The notes below the pieces were generated by a model, which saw only the letters and a list, made by a program, of their open reading frames with translations, did not search any database and was not told where the DNA came from. Made by a program: the position numbers and the translations under genes. From contig LVLI01000343.1 of the NCBI GenBank assembly GCA_001687465.1, positions 1 through 63,545 of the forward strand: a stretch of 63,545 bases of DNA. Reading direction: 5' to 3'. Below are positions 1 to 11,824 of this stretch, one piece after another (positions within the stretch are counted from its first letter, which is position 1; each line of letters opens with the position of its first letter). Source of the stretch: Halocafeteria seosinensis (lineage: Eukaryota).

Positions 1-46
1 ACTTTCGGAAATTGGTGACTGCCAAGATTTCGGTTTGTCTGANGCN

Positions 47-631
47 ATACAATACACACATGATAGATCATTTCTTGGGGAATCTTGGGTCACTTGTAGA
101 GTAATTTTAGGTATTCTTTCATTTTTCCTCATCTTTGTAAGAGTAAATACAATACACACACGTGAATTACAGGAGAACAGCCCTTGAGCACACCCTTATA
201 TATTCATGTGGTTATACGGAAATACTCCCCTAACGAGTTTAAAGGGAGTCCGGATCCCCCACGATGTATTCCCCTGTAGAATCATTACAAAACATGATGT
301 CTTTCCGATCGATTGCCTCGTTAGCTAGACGGTCAGCCTCCGTGTTTTCCTCGCGAGGAACATGATGCAGCGAGATAGACTTCACCTGTGGCTGCTCCCG
401 CAAACGCTCAAGTGTTTCGATTATTCTCTGAAGGACGGGCTGCAGGTTATTTGCAGACATCCACACTAAATAAAATAATAGTCCACACAAGGACGGAAAC
501 TTTTGAGATCCACAATCGCGGAGTGCCTTTTACGGTGCTCTCCGAAGGTGGGGTGAATTACAGGCAAACGTTCCTTGCGCCCAATTAATTGCGTTCGTAG
601 ATTCTTCCGGTAGGACGTATACAATACACAC
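47..631. repeat. Dispersed 13-nt motif ATACAATACACAC, three copies (~47, ~147, ~619)
   Basis: Exact copies seen directly. On the - strand one copy lies ~10 nt after the RLE stop codon and another ~80 nt after the RNase H stop. Confidence 0.75.
239..460 (-). pseudogene. C-terminal fragment of a type-1 (archaeal-like) RNase H, probably retroelement-derived
   Basis: Translation ...ISLHHVPREENTEADRLANEAID matches the RNase HI C-terminal motif (hVPRE.N..AD.LA). The N-terminal catalytic residues are absent. Confidence 0.7.
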
Positions 632-639
632 CATTCTAC

Positions 640-1580
640 TTACGTTTCAAATTGCGCGGTAGTCACGAAATGCCGGATCATTTTGACGTTCTCTCTCATC
701 AAGCACAGGCTTAGCCGGGACATCACCAGCTTCCTGTAGTTTCGTTGGTCCCACGCTCCTTTCAGTGTCCCCGGAAATCTCTTTGCCAGACGCTTAAGGA
801 AACGATACGCATCGTCTCCGAAACCTCCAGTCGCTTCCATCGCGAAAGGAATGAGCTCCCGATCATGCCTGCGTAGGTGGGAATACTTTGTCCTCTTCTG
901 GTTTTCTGCTTCCATGGCCACGCATAGTCTGGTGTTGGCCGCTCTTCCCATCCTATCTTGTGTTAAAGGGTTGACCACGGTGACGTCTATAAACAGCTCG
1001 ACCAGAGGCCCCTGGGCGACGATGTCCATCCTTCCATTCGGGTCGGACTGTGACGGCATAGGCTTCTCCAATTGTATGGGCATTCTGCATGCCTTCAGTT
1101 CCTTTCCCAGCGCAACTCAATAAAAAATTATATTTCTTCATCCCTTTTGGGGAAGCTCCAATTGAGTTCACCCTTCATTATTTGGTCAGTGAGCCAGCTC
1201 TGCTGCTTCCGATTAGGTGCACACTCCTCCAAAGTAGACTCCTGAAGATCCACTCCTCGCCCCCGAAGATTTGAGATGAGGGAAGTACGAGTTTCAGAGT
1301 CCTGTTCCACCCCTGCCTCCCATGCTGAGGCAACATACGCTGCGGTTGAGATAGAGGAGGCTTTAACCAGCAAAGGTAAATGGATCTGATGACATCTATT
1401 CACTTTATCAGCGTCCTGGAACTCTCTCGCTCCAAGCAGCAGGATCTGATGACATCTATTCACTTTATCAGCGTCCTGGAACTCTTTCGCTCCATTTCCC
1501 CAGCGCTTGCCAGGCTTGTGACATGCAGTTCCGTTTCAGCAACCCCTTTGTTCGAGCTCCAATACCTCCACGCATGATCA
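640..1580 (-). mobile_element. Degenerate 3' part of a non-LTR retrotransposon with restriction-like endonuclease (CRE/R2-superfamily-like)
   Basis: RLE motifs RMDI...FIDVTVVNP...KRTKY...LIPFAMEATGGFG at 640-1083. Upstream post-RT motifs QIHLP...AAYVAS and LLSCAGKG lie in different frames, indicating internal deletions and frameshifts. Confidence 0.8.
1382..1494. repeat. Tandem duplication, 60-nt period (53 nt matching with 1 mismatch)
   Basis: GGATCTGATGACATCTATTCACTTTATCAGCGTCCTGGAACTCT(C/T)TCGCTCCA at 1382 and 1442. Confidence 0.95.
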
Positions 1581-2060
1581 CGATAATACCTCTCTAGATA
1601 TAAATTGTACACTTGGCATTCTATGTCACACCGATAAACCAGTTGCTAAGGAGAGGGGCCTGCAGAATGTCTAACTCTGTAGACTACACCCAAAAACCGA
1701 AATACAAACGAACGGAAATCGTTATGTAGTTCGCACTTGTCAATCTTTCTCTTGGCAATATTTGATCGTAGTCCTACGAGAGTGAGTCAGCGTAATGTTT
1801 ACTGATAAGACTACAAACACTGACCGCCAAGCCCATTCTCCCCTAGGAGGCCTGTTTATTTTGTGGGGGGATCCACGAAATCTTGACGAAGAGCATCCCA
1901 AGGCGTAGAGCTGCCACCGAAACTGGCACTTCTTTGGCAAGGTTGTGTACGCACGGATTTCAGCCAGTTTTGCGCCCCGGTTGTTTGGCATTGCTTTATA
2001 TGTTACCCCAGGTGAGTGTTACCATAAACGTTTTACGTAGGTCCTTACCCACACAATTTG

Positions 2061-4590
2061 TCACACAGCGGCTACGGATGCATCTGCCCTTGAGCGGAAT
2101 CCGGTATCGCCTGAAGAAAGTTGCCAATAATCCCGCTTGACGTCATCTTTATTTTTTCCATTGTACTTTCCCTGGTTTGTGATCTGCGACAATGGAGATT
2201 CAACCATTGTGGTCGGCCTCATATTTTGGAGTTGTCTTTTCAATTGCTCAATTTCACGGATGTGCTCCTCCTCTCGTGAGATGAGTGCCGCCACCTCCTT
2301 CGCCCTGGCTGTATGCTCATCGGTAGCAGACTCCAACGCAGTTTCTAAAGAGTTCGCCCGTTCCTCTGATTCAATATATGACTTATAAAGCTTAGCATAT
2401 TGTTCTCGGACGTCGTCTAGCTGTTCTTGCAAGTTTTTCACTTCTTCTTGAAGGTGGTTCGACTCATCAAATGCAAACCTGGCCTGTTTCTTAATTTTCG
2501 ATACGGTAATTTGACTTTGGGAACTTTGTTTCGCCAAGGCGGAGTTCAACTGTCCAGTGATTCGTTCTCTCTGCTCTTCGGAGTTACGCAATGCGTTTAC
2601 ATACTCGTCGTGCTGTCTCTGTAGGGTACTGACTTTGGCTTGGAACGACTGGACGGTGCGCTCCAGTTCTAGACGCAAGTTATGCTCACGCTGCTGCGCT
2701 GTAGCCTCCTGTTCGTGGAGCTGGTTGCGTGCAGCCTCCTTTTCACTCCGAAGCTTCGCCATCTTGTTTTGGACATTAGCGAGTTCTTCTTTCAAGCTGT
2801 GGACTTCAGATTCGAGATGCTCCTTACGCTTTCCCGATTCCTGGGAAATAGCCTTTTGCTCCGATAGTTCATCTTGCACCCCTTTCAGGCTTTTGTACAC
2901 ACGCTGTAATTCATTATTCTGTTTTGAGATCTCGTCCTGGGATTGTCTCTGCGATGATGCGAAATCACTCTTATGAGTACGCTTGCTCTCTTCGTGGGCT
3001 TGCTTTACTCTTGACAAGTCACTCTTGTACGAGGCAGTGTCCCGCAATGCTCTGTCCCTTTCTGCCCTGACCTCACCAACTTTCTGCTCCAGACGATCAA
3101 TCTCCACCTGTTTATCACTCAGTTGGCTATTCAGTCGTTCCCTCACCGTGGCAACAGCGTCCTTTTCTTGATTCAGGGCTTCCGATTTATGTGACTCCAG
3201 TCGATCGCACAGCCTCCCCACCTCATCTCTGTCAGCTTCCGCTTTAGAAAGAGCCGACTGTTTTTGAGTTTCAGCTTCTTCCATCTTCTCCGCTACTTCT
3301 CGTTCACGCCTCGTAAGAGTATCTTCCTTGGATTTGTATTCATTCAATTGTTTCTCCAGACTTCGAATCACCCGGAGCATGCCTTCACAATCTCTTCGGG
3401 CGTTATTCAGTTCAAGATCTACCTCTTTGAATCTGGCGTTCAGTGCGTCCATTTGCTCATCTCGCTCCGAAAGCTTTCGTTGAAGCTCTTTGGTTCTGTT
3501 GTTCACAGTCTTCAGTCGTTCCATCAAGTTGGAAGAGTCACTTTCAGATTGGCGAGAAAGGTCTTCCAAAGCAGTTTTGTACTTATACAATGATTCCTGT
3601 AACTGCTGCTTTTCATTCTCTAGTTGAGTCACTTCGGTTTCCATAGATTGTCGCTTCCATTGTAGAGTGTCAACCTCCGTCTGTAGCTCTGCTGCTTTCC
3701 TCTCATAATAAGTATTATGCTGCCGTTCCTCATTGAGTTTTCCTTGAGCACTCTTCATTCCCTCACCCAACTCAATGGTCTTTTGGCGATATGTATCAAT
3801 GAGACTCTGTCTCTCGTGCAGAGCGTTTCGTAGATTATCCGATTCCTCTGCTAGCGCGTTTACCTCTTGTCTCAGGTAATGCGATTCCTTCATCGCTAAT
3901 TCGTACCGTTGCTGGTATTCCTCCGTTTGACCGTCAGCAGGTGTAGAAATGGGTGGATTAATCGTACCGGAGGCGGTACCGTCATGTCCCAGAGGTTGCT
4001 GAAGCAGTCTCTCGTTAGCTTCGTTGAGTTCCGTGTGTAGTCGTTCATTTTCCTGCACATAAACCCATGCTTGATCATAGACACTGTTAGAACCCCATTT
4101 TCTTTTGCTCTTCTCGAAGCATACCTGTGATAGTTCGTTTAGGTAACTTTGTAACCTGTCGACGTTGCTTTCATTCCTGTGATTCGCTGTTTCAAGTTGG
4201 TGGATCCGCGAGTCATAAGCCAAGAGCAACGGCGTCATCACGTTCGAGTCAAACGTCCATGGGGGAAGTTCCTCCGGAGATGGATAGCTTGAATCTAGAC
4301 TACTACTTCCGGGGCCGTGTATCTGAGTAGGTGCCTGCCCTTGCTGGTACAACTTCAGTTCATGTTGTAAGCGCGCCACTACTTGCTTGAGATACTCATT
4401 CTGTTTCGCCAAGCTCCTGCAACACTCGGCAAAGCCATGAACTCCACACCAACTACAAGTGTACGCACGGAGCTGTGTCGAAAAGAGAGAAGGGGAAAAC
4501 GGCATGTACGTACCCTGAGGCTGGGTGGTAGGAGTGCTGCTGCTGCTGCTCCAGACCGCTCTCGCGACCATCGGAAGAGGCTGACGCCAT
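2061..4590 (-). CDS. Centriolar distal-appendage coiled-coil protein, SCLT1/CEP89-like
   Basis: Motif PPW...PLLLAYDSRI...ENERLHTEL followed by a long coiled coil. ATG at 4590 with GT-AG introns 4513-4417 and 4124-4053 gives a consistent frame. Confidence 0.65.
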
Positions 4591-4903
4591 TTCGGCAGAC
4601 ATTATCACGCGCAACACACTACACGAAAAAAAGGGTATATTAAAACAACAGGTTAATACTAGTAGCTACCACACAATCATGCACCCTGCAATCCTATGCT
4701 GGTGGGCAAGGATAGTGACCGTTAAGCGGCATCTTCACAGCCAAGCCCTAGAGTATCGATAGGTACGGCGTTATACCACTGCGAGCAGGAGCCTCTACCA
4801 GGAGGTCTTAAGGATTCATAACAGTGCTATACATGAACACACGCGTGACAACGTGCAGGGAAGGTGGTGTACATTTTTGGAGTGCTTGAAGGGAGCTACG
4901 CAT

Positions 4904-6914
4904 CTACGAGGTCGTAGCTTCCCCGTTATGCGTCTCGTGTTGTTCGCTGTCGGCTGCCTTAGTTTCTTCTTCTTCGGCATCCTTAATCATTGACAAAAAC
5001 TCGGCATCAACCTTTCGTAAAATGTCATCCATATCTTCGCCGTCCACCTCAGCAAGCTTATCTACACTGGGCTTCCGCTGTTTGGCCCGCTGTAATTCCA
5101 TACTACGCTTTTCCAAATTCTTCTCCCGAGTACTTTCACGTTCAAACATTGTTTGCATAGCACTCTTCTCGTTCTGTTGAGGGCGAGCTAGGCTATCGCT
5201 CATCTCTAAAAGCGAGACAGTACCATTCACGTCCCCTACTGCACACAGGTTCCCGCCTTGCTGGGTGTTACCTTGCACGGCGATGCTGCTCAGCGAGTAG
5301 TCGCCAACCTTATGACTATACGCAACATCATTTTGTCTGTGATAGATATCCCAGACATCCACAACACCGTCCATTCTGGTAGTGAAGAAGACGCCGGGTC
5401 GGGTGGGAGACCAGCATCCGCCTGTTAAGTACGATTGACAATATTGCGTGCTCATGATAGGAGTGTTGTTATCTTCGCTCCACACACGCGCAGTCCAGTC
5501 GCCAACCGTCATAAAGTACTTCGGATGACTCGGGTTTCGCTGAATAGCACAAATAGGTCCATGGTGCTTCCCACTACCTGAATCTTTGCAAGTAACCATT
5601 TGGTCTCCCTTCTTCTTCGTGTTGATATTCATTACAATACCTTGCTCGGTACCCACAAGGAATTTCGTACTACCCCCCTCGACATTGTATTCCATACTGC
5701 TGCCTCCGAGGAAGTTGCCTTGCCCATCCTTAAGTTCATATTCTGCAGTTGGCTCCTTCAAAGATCGCATGTCCCATTTCAGCATTCTTCCATCTGTTGA
5801 GACGGAAACGAATTCCTTGTGAGTCTTACTCTGAATCCAGAAGACATCATACACAGGGTCGTGATGACTCGTTTCTACTTCTGAACTCTGTACGGCTGAT
5901 TGGACTACAGAGTTTTTTGATTTGAGGTCAAAAACAGATATCAGGCCATTGTAGGATCCTCCCACAAGCGTGTCGTGGAACTTGTGGTTATAACGTAGAC
6001 AAACGAGGGGACTCGATGGGACCAACTCTCGTTCTGGTGTGTTGGGATTCGTCACATCCCAAATATATGATTTCACAGGAAGACGGTGCCTCATCATTCT
6101 CTCATCCTGGAAATGAAGGATAGAGTATGATACAGCTATTTTATTCCCGTCAGGATTCCAGTTAATACTAGTTGCTGTCCGCTTGATTGTGTTAGGATCC
6201 CTGAATACTGCGAGACCCTTTGCGGACGGAGGCTCTGTAGACGTGTCTACCGTATCTCCCTTGAAGTACTCTTCGTAAATGTTGACAGTGTTGTTTTGCT
6301 TTACGCAATTTTCTGCAGTAGACGCTAGCTTTTGCACTTTCGATCGATATTTTACATCCTGGAGTCCGAAACGAAAGAAGAGGAGATCCCACCGGAACCC
6401 AGCCGTATCAAAAATTCTGCCACATGTAACGTACCTTGTTCGCTTTCTTTAAATACCGCTCCACTTGGTCTGCCTCTGTACAGTCCACATTCTCAGGCCA
6501 CCCACCTTCCAAATGCTTCATTCCTTGGCTCTTGTGTTGCACTCGAAATGTATTAACCTGTGTCATGGTTGATAAATTTCGAGTGTCTACTGCTTCAGAG
6601 GCTCAATGCTTGTCACATACCTCGTGCATAGCCATTGCTGGATTAGTATCCAGCACTGTATTTGCAGGATTTCGTAGTACATAATCTTTTTCTACGTCTT
6701 CACTGCGCAGTACAAACACAAACAAAGTCCAAAGGTGATTTTTATGGCCGTTAAATTGGTTTACCTCATCCAGAGGGCGACGTATTGCCTGCTGCTAGTC
6801 CACGACATCTTACCTTCCTGCAAAACTCTCTAATATCGTTGCTGGGACATCATCGAAAGCATAAGGATGCCCCAATTCCCTCCTTTTCTTCGTATACGCA
6901 ACATAAATCTCCAT
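4904..6914 (-). CDS. DNAI2: Axonemal outer-arm dynein intermediate chain 2 (IC69/ODA6), WD40
   Basis: Spliced N-terminus MEIYVAYTKKRRE...MHEVNT...HLEGGWPENVD, then QNNTVNIYEEYF and WD40 motifs (HHGPI..IQRNP, VGDWTARVW, WSPTRPGVFF). Three 5' introns; the first is 6813-6703. Confidence 0.93.
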
Positions 6915-7387
6915 TTTTCGCCTCCGAGCGTGCGCGGTGCTCCACCGACTACTTGAACACGTTCCGTAAGCAAATTATACCGCAGAGACGCAAGGCACAC
7001 CTCCACAAGTACTAGATCAGGTACTTCTACGGTATATTAAACATCTACACAGCAGGAAAACGCCAGCATGCTCTGTGATTGACTCTCCTGAGGGTCGATC
7101 CTTTCAAAAAGGCGACAAACAATTCATTCACTTGCAGTGATTGAAGACAATTTGAAGTTTGGCCCCTGACGCAAGGTTTGACGCTGAGCATTGCAGCATT
7201 GCTAGTCGGGAAGGAAAAAAATCGACTTGAATGTAGTATCCGTACTAATGGCGTGCAATGTGTCCCTAATGACGACGACGACCTAAGTCGTCAATAGATA
7301 CTTGTCCGTCGATAACAGGAAACGTGAAGTTGTAGTTCGGTGTGGAGTTTGTATGGTACACAATTCATTTTTATACCTTAGAAAACA

Positions 7388-10300
7388 ATGCAAAACGGCA
7401 TCGCAGATTCTGCAAAGGAACGCCTACTTTCTGAAGAAAGTGAAGAACGAGATGAAGAACCTCCTGGGAATGACGAAAAGCAACCCGGATCGAAGCTGCC
7501 TGCGGCGTTCTTCTCCGCTGCGTTGGAAGAGACTCAGGGTAACACTGGACATGTTAACTCACATGAAGATGCGAGAGCGTCATCGGTGTCTTCAATACTC
7601 GAAAATGGCTTCGATATTGAAGAAGGTGCAGGCGGAAGTAGCAAACAGAAGGAGGAAGAAGAGAAACCCAAGTAAGTCCATTATCATGTGAAACCAGTTG
7701 CCACGCAAACAATCTGAGGTGCTTCCGTGCACTAGCAGAATCAAAGATTTGAACATACGAAGACTCTTAGGTGAAGCGAAACCGGAGACATGTATCCTTA
7801 TATTTGGCATCATTGCTCTTTTTTGCTCGGCGATTTGCAACCTGGCCATCCCTGCAATCTTTGGAAGGATCATTAACAGGTAGCGGCATCTCTTGAACAT
7901 TACCATATGAGGTGCAATGAATGTGCGAAAATGATTGTACTTACGCAGCATTACTGATGACAAAGATTCTTCCCGTTCACGTGATCTGAAAACGAACGTG
8001 GTTATATTGGTTGTCGTGGCCGCTTTAGCAGGTACGTGTTGCTATGACTCAGAGTGCTTCGGTCTCTGCGTACAGTGACTGTTTCGCACAACAACGCAGG
8101 TTTTTTTACATTTCTTAGAGGATATTTGTTCACGTAAGCGATGTGGATTGTGAGATTGCTCAGAAGCATCGTCCATGATTCCCGTTACTCCGGTATCAGA
8201 TATGCCGGCGAACGTGTGGTGGCTAGGTTGCGCCGGAAGTTGTTCAATGCTATTATGTACCAGGAAGTGCGTATTTTCTCTCCTAATCTAGATATTCTAT
8301 TATCCCACTGTAGCCGTTTTGCTCTTGCAGATTGCATTCTTTGATGAAACGCGAGTCGGAGAATTGCTCTCCCGCATCAGTAGCGACACAGCTGTCTTGA
8401 AGGACGCTATCACCTTAAATATTTCCATGGGGTATGTCTGCTTTATCGCTCTTATCATAGCAATGTGAGTTGTATGCACGCATGCTTGTCCTTGCCAGTC
8501 TGAGGTGGAGTGCCACGGTGATCGGAGGCATCATCTATTTGTTCATTATGTCATGGAGGTTGACGTTGGTGATGATGGGAGTCGTACCTGTGGTCCTATT
8601 AAGCGCTTTAGTTTATGGGAGATACGTCAAACGCCTTACAAATGCTGTGAGTTGGAAGCCGTTTGTATTCGATGGAGCGTTGAGTCATCCTTGTCTCTAC
8701 TACACAGAGTCAACAAGCCCTGGCTTCCTCTTCTGAAGTCGCCGAGGAGTCGATTTCGTGCATTCGAACTGTTCGCAGTTTTGCTAATGAAGACAAGCAG
8801 GTACGATAAGGAATTTTGCCGATAATGTTTGACACTCGTAGTTCGCAATATTTTTTCAAAATTCAGATGGAATCGTTTGCCTATTATGTGGATGAGACCC
8901 TCCGTTTGGGTACCAAGCGTTCTCTAGCCTATGGGCTCTTTGTAGGATCATTTCAATCATTAATTGCTTGTTCGTTTGTTGCCATCGTATATTATGGTGG
9001 GACGCTTGTCATTCACGGACATTTGTCCCCGGGTGTGCTTACTTCCTTTCTTCTTTACGCTCTAGTTATTGGTGGAGCCCTCGGTGGTATGTATTTGTTT
9101 AGCTCCCATCGCCGACATCGAGCGATTCGAAGGCCATCGAGACACTGTTTTACCACAGGACTTGGAAGCTTGTTTGGAAACATAATGTCCGCAATTGGAG
9201 CAAACCAGCGAGTGTTTCGTATCCTGGATAGACAACCAGCATTTCCAATTCGCGGAGGTACGACGATTCCTGGTTTACAGGGTCATGTCAAGCTACACAA
9301 TGTACGTAGTCATATACTGCAAAACAATATTGCCGCACGCTAGCTTAGCTTCCTAAGCATACTCTCTATTGAACAGGTCAAATTTACTTATCCGTCCCGT
9401 CGACACATTAAAGCGCTGCGCAATTTCTCTTTGGAATTAATACCGGGAAAAATAACTGCACTTGTGGGTAAGTGTCGTTTTGTGATACACATAGCTTCCG
9501 AAACAATAATGCCGATGGTGTCTTATTGCTGTACAGGGCCTTCTGGAGGAGGCAAGAGTACAGTATGTAATCTGATTGAAGGATTTTACCACCCGGCGTA
9601 AGTTGGTCGTTCCTTGGAGGGTTTCAACGACCTCCAAGTGCCATTCTTGTAGATGTATCCAAGTATTTGTGCAATTCAGGGAGGGGAAAGTTCTGATTGA
9701 TGGATACGATCTTCGTGAACTCGATGGAAGTTGGTGGAGACAGCGAGTTGGTAGGTGGAGCCATGGGTGTGTCCTCGACGGTTTCTGCTCAGTAGCTTTG
9801 AAAATGATCCTTCAGGTCTGGTGCAACAAGAACCGACACTTTTGCATTGTTCTATTAGAGAAAATATAAAGTACGGAACAGTTATCACTAGCGAAGAGGA
9901 AGTTGTGGGAGCGGCAAAGAAAGCCAATGCGCACGACTTTATTCTCTCCTTCCCGGAGGGGTATGACACAATTGTTGGCGAACGAGGCATTAGGCTGAGT
10001 GGAGGCCAAAAGCAAAGAATAGCTATCGCACGGGCTATATTAAAGGTATGTAACCAGCACTGAAAAGGGGAAGCACCTTGACGTAAACAATACGCGCTTG
10101 TGTCCAACACAGGATCCAAAAATTTTGCTTCTCGACGAAGCCACCTCGGCGTTGGATGCTGAAAGTGAACACCTAGTCCAGCAGGCTCTCGACAGATTAA
10201 TGGGCAATAGGACTGTATTGATCATAGCTCATCGTCTCTCCACTGTACGTGATGCTGCTTCAGTGGTCGTAGTGAACAAGGGGATGGTGCAAAATCAGGG

Positions 10301-10397
10301 AACTCATGAAGAATTGATGAAGCAAAGCCAGCTTTATCAAAAACTGGTCAAGAGGCAATTGCAGAGCGCTGAGAACGAAGCCGAAGACTCGAGCTAG
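7388..10397 (+). CDS. ABC transporter subfamily B half-transporter (TMD-NBD; ABCB10/TAP-like)
   Basis: [14 protein letters not shown], Walker [10 protein letters not shown], signature [14 protein letters not shown], Walker [12 protein letters not shown] and H-loop IAHRLST, spread over more than a dozen short GT-AG introns. The start codon is tentative. Confidence 0.92.
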
Positions 10398-10529
10398 CGA
10401 GTTACAACCTGTTTAATTAGAACTTTACTATTACTATGGGTAAGGAGAGCTATTTACTTCGCTACGCTACATCCAATAGCTCAGTCGTCAACCAGGGCAC
10501 CCATTGACGACAGACTTAAGATGGAAAGA

Positions 10530-10575
10530 CTCGGATATGTTCCTTGCGTATTAGCATTGAGAAACATATCGTCAT
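10530..10575 (-). promoter_or_regulatory. SECIS element (form 2) in the 3' UTR of the selenoprotein gene
   Basis: - strand reads ATGAC-GATATGTTTCT-CAA-TGC TAATAC GCA-AGGAACATATC-CGAG. This gives the AUGA/GA core, an 11-bp helix II, the unpaired AA and an apical ministem. Confidence 0.9.
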
Positions 10576-10639
10576 GACGGCAGCGAAAGCCACAGTACTC
10601 TCCCCCCTCTTTCTCTCTTTTTTTTTATTTTCACGGGAG

Positions 10640-11135
10640 TTATTCAGCGGAAGTCCACCCGGAAGGCGCTTGTCCACTCTTAGCGTACTCCGCTATTTCC
10701 TGCGGGGTTGTACCACATAATGTCACTTCCGCTTCAGCTAGTCAGTGTCGTAATTTTCCCTGTTATCTTACTTTCGCTAAAGCACCAAAGTCCGGGAACG
10801 ATCCCTTTTTCAGTTTTGAATGAGCGACATATTTGTTGTCCACGACCACTTCATAGGAGCTTCTGTAGGCTCGAAGAACGTGTGACCACCATTTGGGTAG
10901 GTTCATCGGTCCCAGGTGAGGAGGTATTTTATCCTTACCTTCTTCCAACCTCTCCGTTAACCTCCATCCCACCGTATTTCTCTAGTTCCTGCTTGAGTGC
11001 CCTGTATTTTGGTGCGTACCCTCAGGCACCACACTGCATCCATATACAAGAAGCAGTTGGATATCCGAATAGAATAGAACAGAGATCTGTTCAGGGGATA
11101 GGGTGTCTTACGTATTCGACATTTACATTCACCAT
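10640..11135 (-). CDS. SELENOW: Selenoprotein W / Rdx-family selenoprotein, 89 aa, Sec codon TGA at 11024-11022
   Basis: Exons 11135-11112, 11033-10939, 10862-10772 and 10699-10640 (all GT-AG) give MVNVNVEYCGAUGYAPKY...SSYEVVVDNKYVAHSKLKKGSFPD..., with the CxxU motif and the Rdx C-terminal motif. A SECIS lies 65 nt downstream. Confidence 0.92.
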
Positions 11136-11824
11136 TTTACAGTATTCTACAAGACCGCAGTAATACTAAATTCTTTCGTTACAAGGTAGTTTCCGTCACT
11201 TATATATTTTCAATACCTACATCAGCCACGTATGTAAAGAACCTTCTGCAAGAACCGGCGGAGCTTCAACGAAAAAAGTTCAACCCCGTTTGAGAACCAA
11301 TCGTATCGTTAAGCGCGAAGCTTCGGTAATGTCCTTCCAGTGGAACGAGCTGAGGCCAACACATGCAGGATATAACAAGTTCGTATAGGCACTTTCCGTA
11401 TGGCCATCTCGTCCATGGATGACACACCACACACACAACGTGACAACTTCTGAACATGGGAGCACATGTGGAGGAAATGGAAGGACGACATATTGTTCTG
11501 CAACTTGCACTGCTATGGCTAACATTACGCTCGTTGCAATACTTGAAGCAAAATATGACTCCCTGTTAGAAGTGGTTCCAAATAAAGTCCGGGCCATATC
11601 CCGCCTACTCCGCCTGCCGGGGTGTTGCTACTTTGCTGTATGTATTAGATGGCTTGATCTCGGTCGATTGCTACAGCATAGTGTTTTCCACAAGCAATTT
11701 GTTGCCTTGCACATTCTGTCTCCTGGGCGTAATATACAAAGTTTGGTGCGAACAGTGAGCAATGTCGAACTAACAGAAAGAGTCTCTTGGTATAGCTAGC
11801 TTGTGTTTCATTCGTTGGGAAGCC

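Noticed and set aside
1382..1494. Direct repeats as a CRISPR array
   Set aside because: Only two near-adjacent copies, no spacers of normal length, no cas genes, eukaryotic context.
11200..11800. Overlapping short ORFs between the selenoprotein and SLC38 genes
   Set aside because: No motifs; the position fits a divergent promoter/UTR region.
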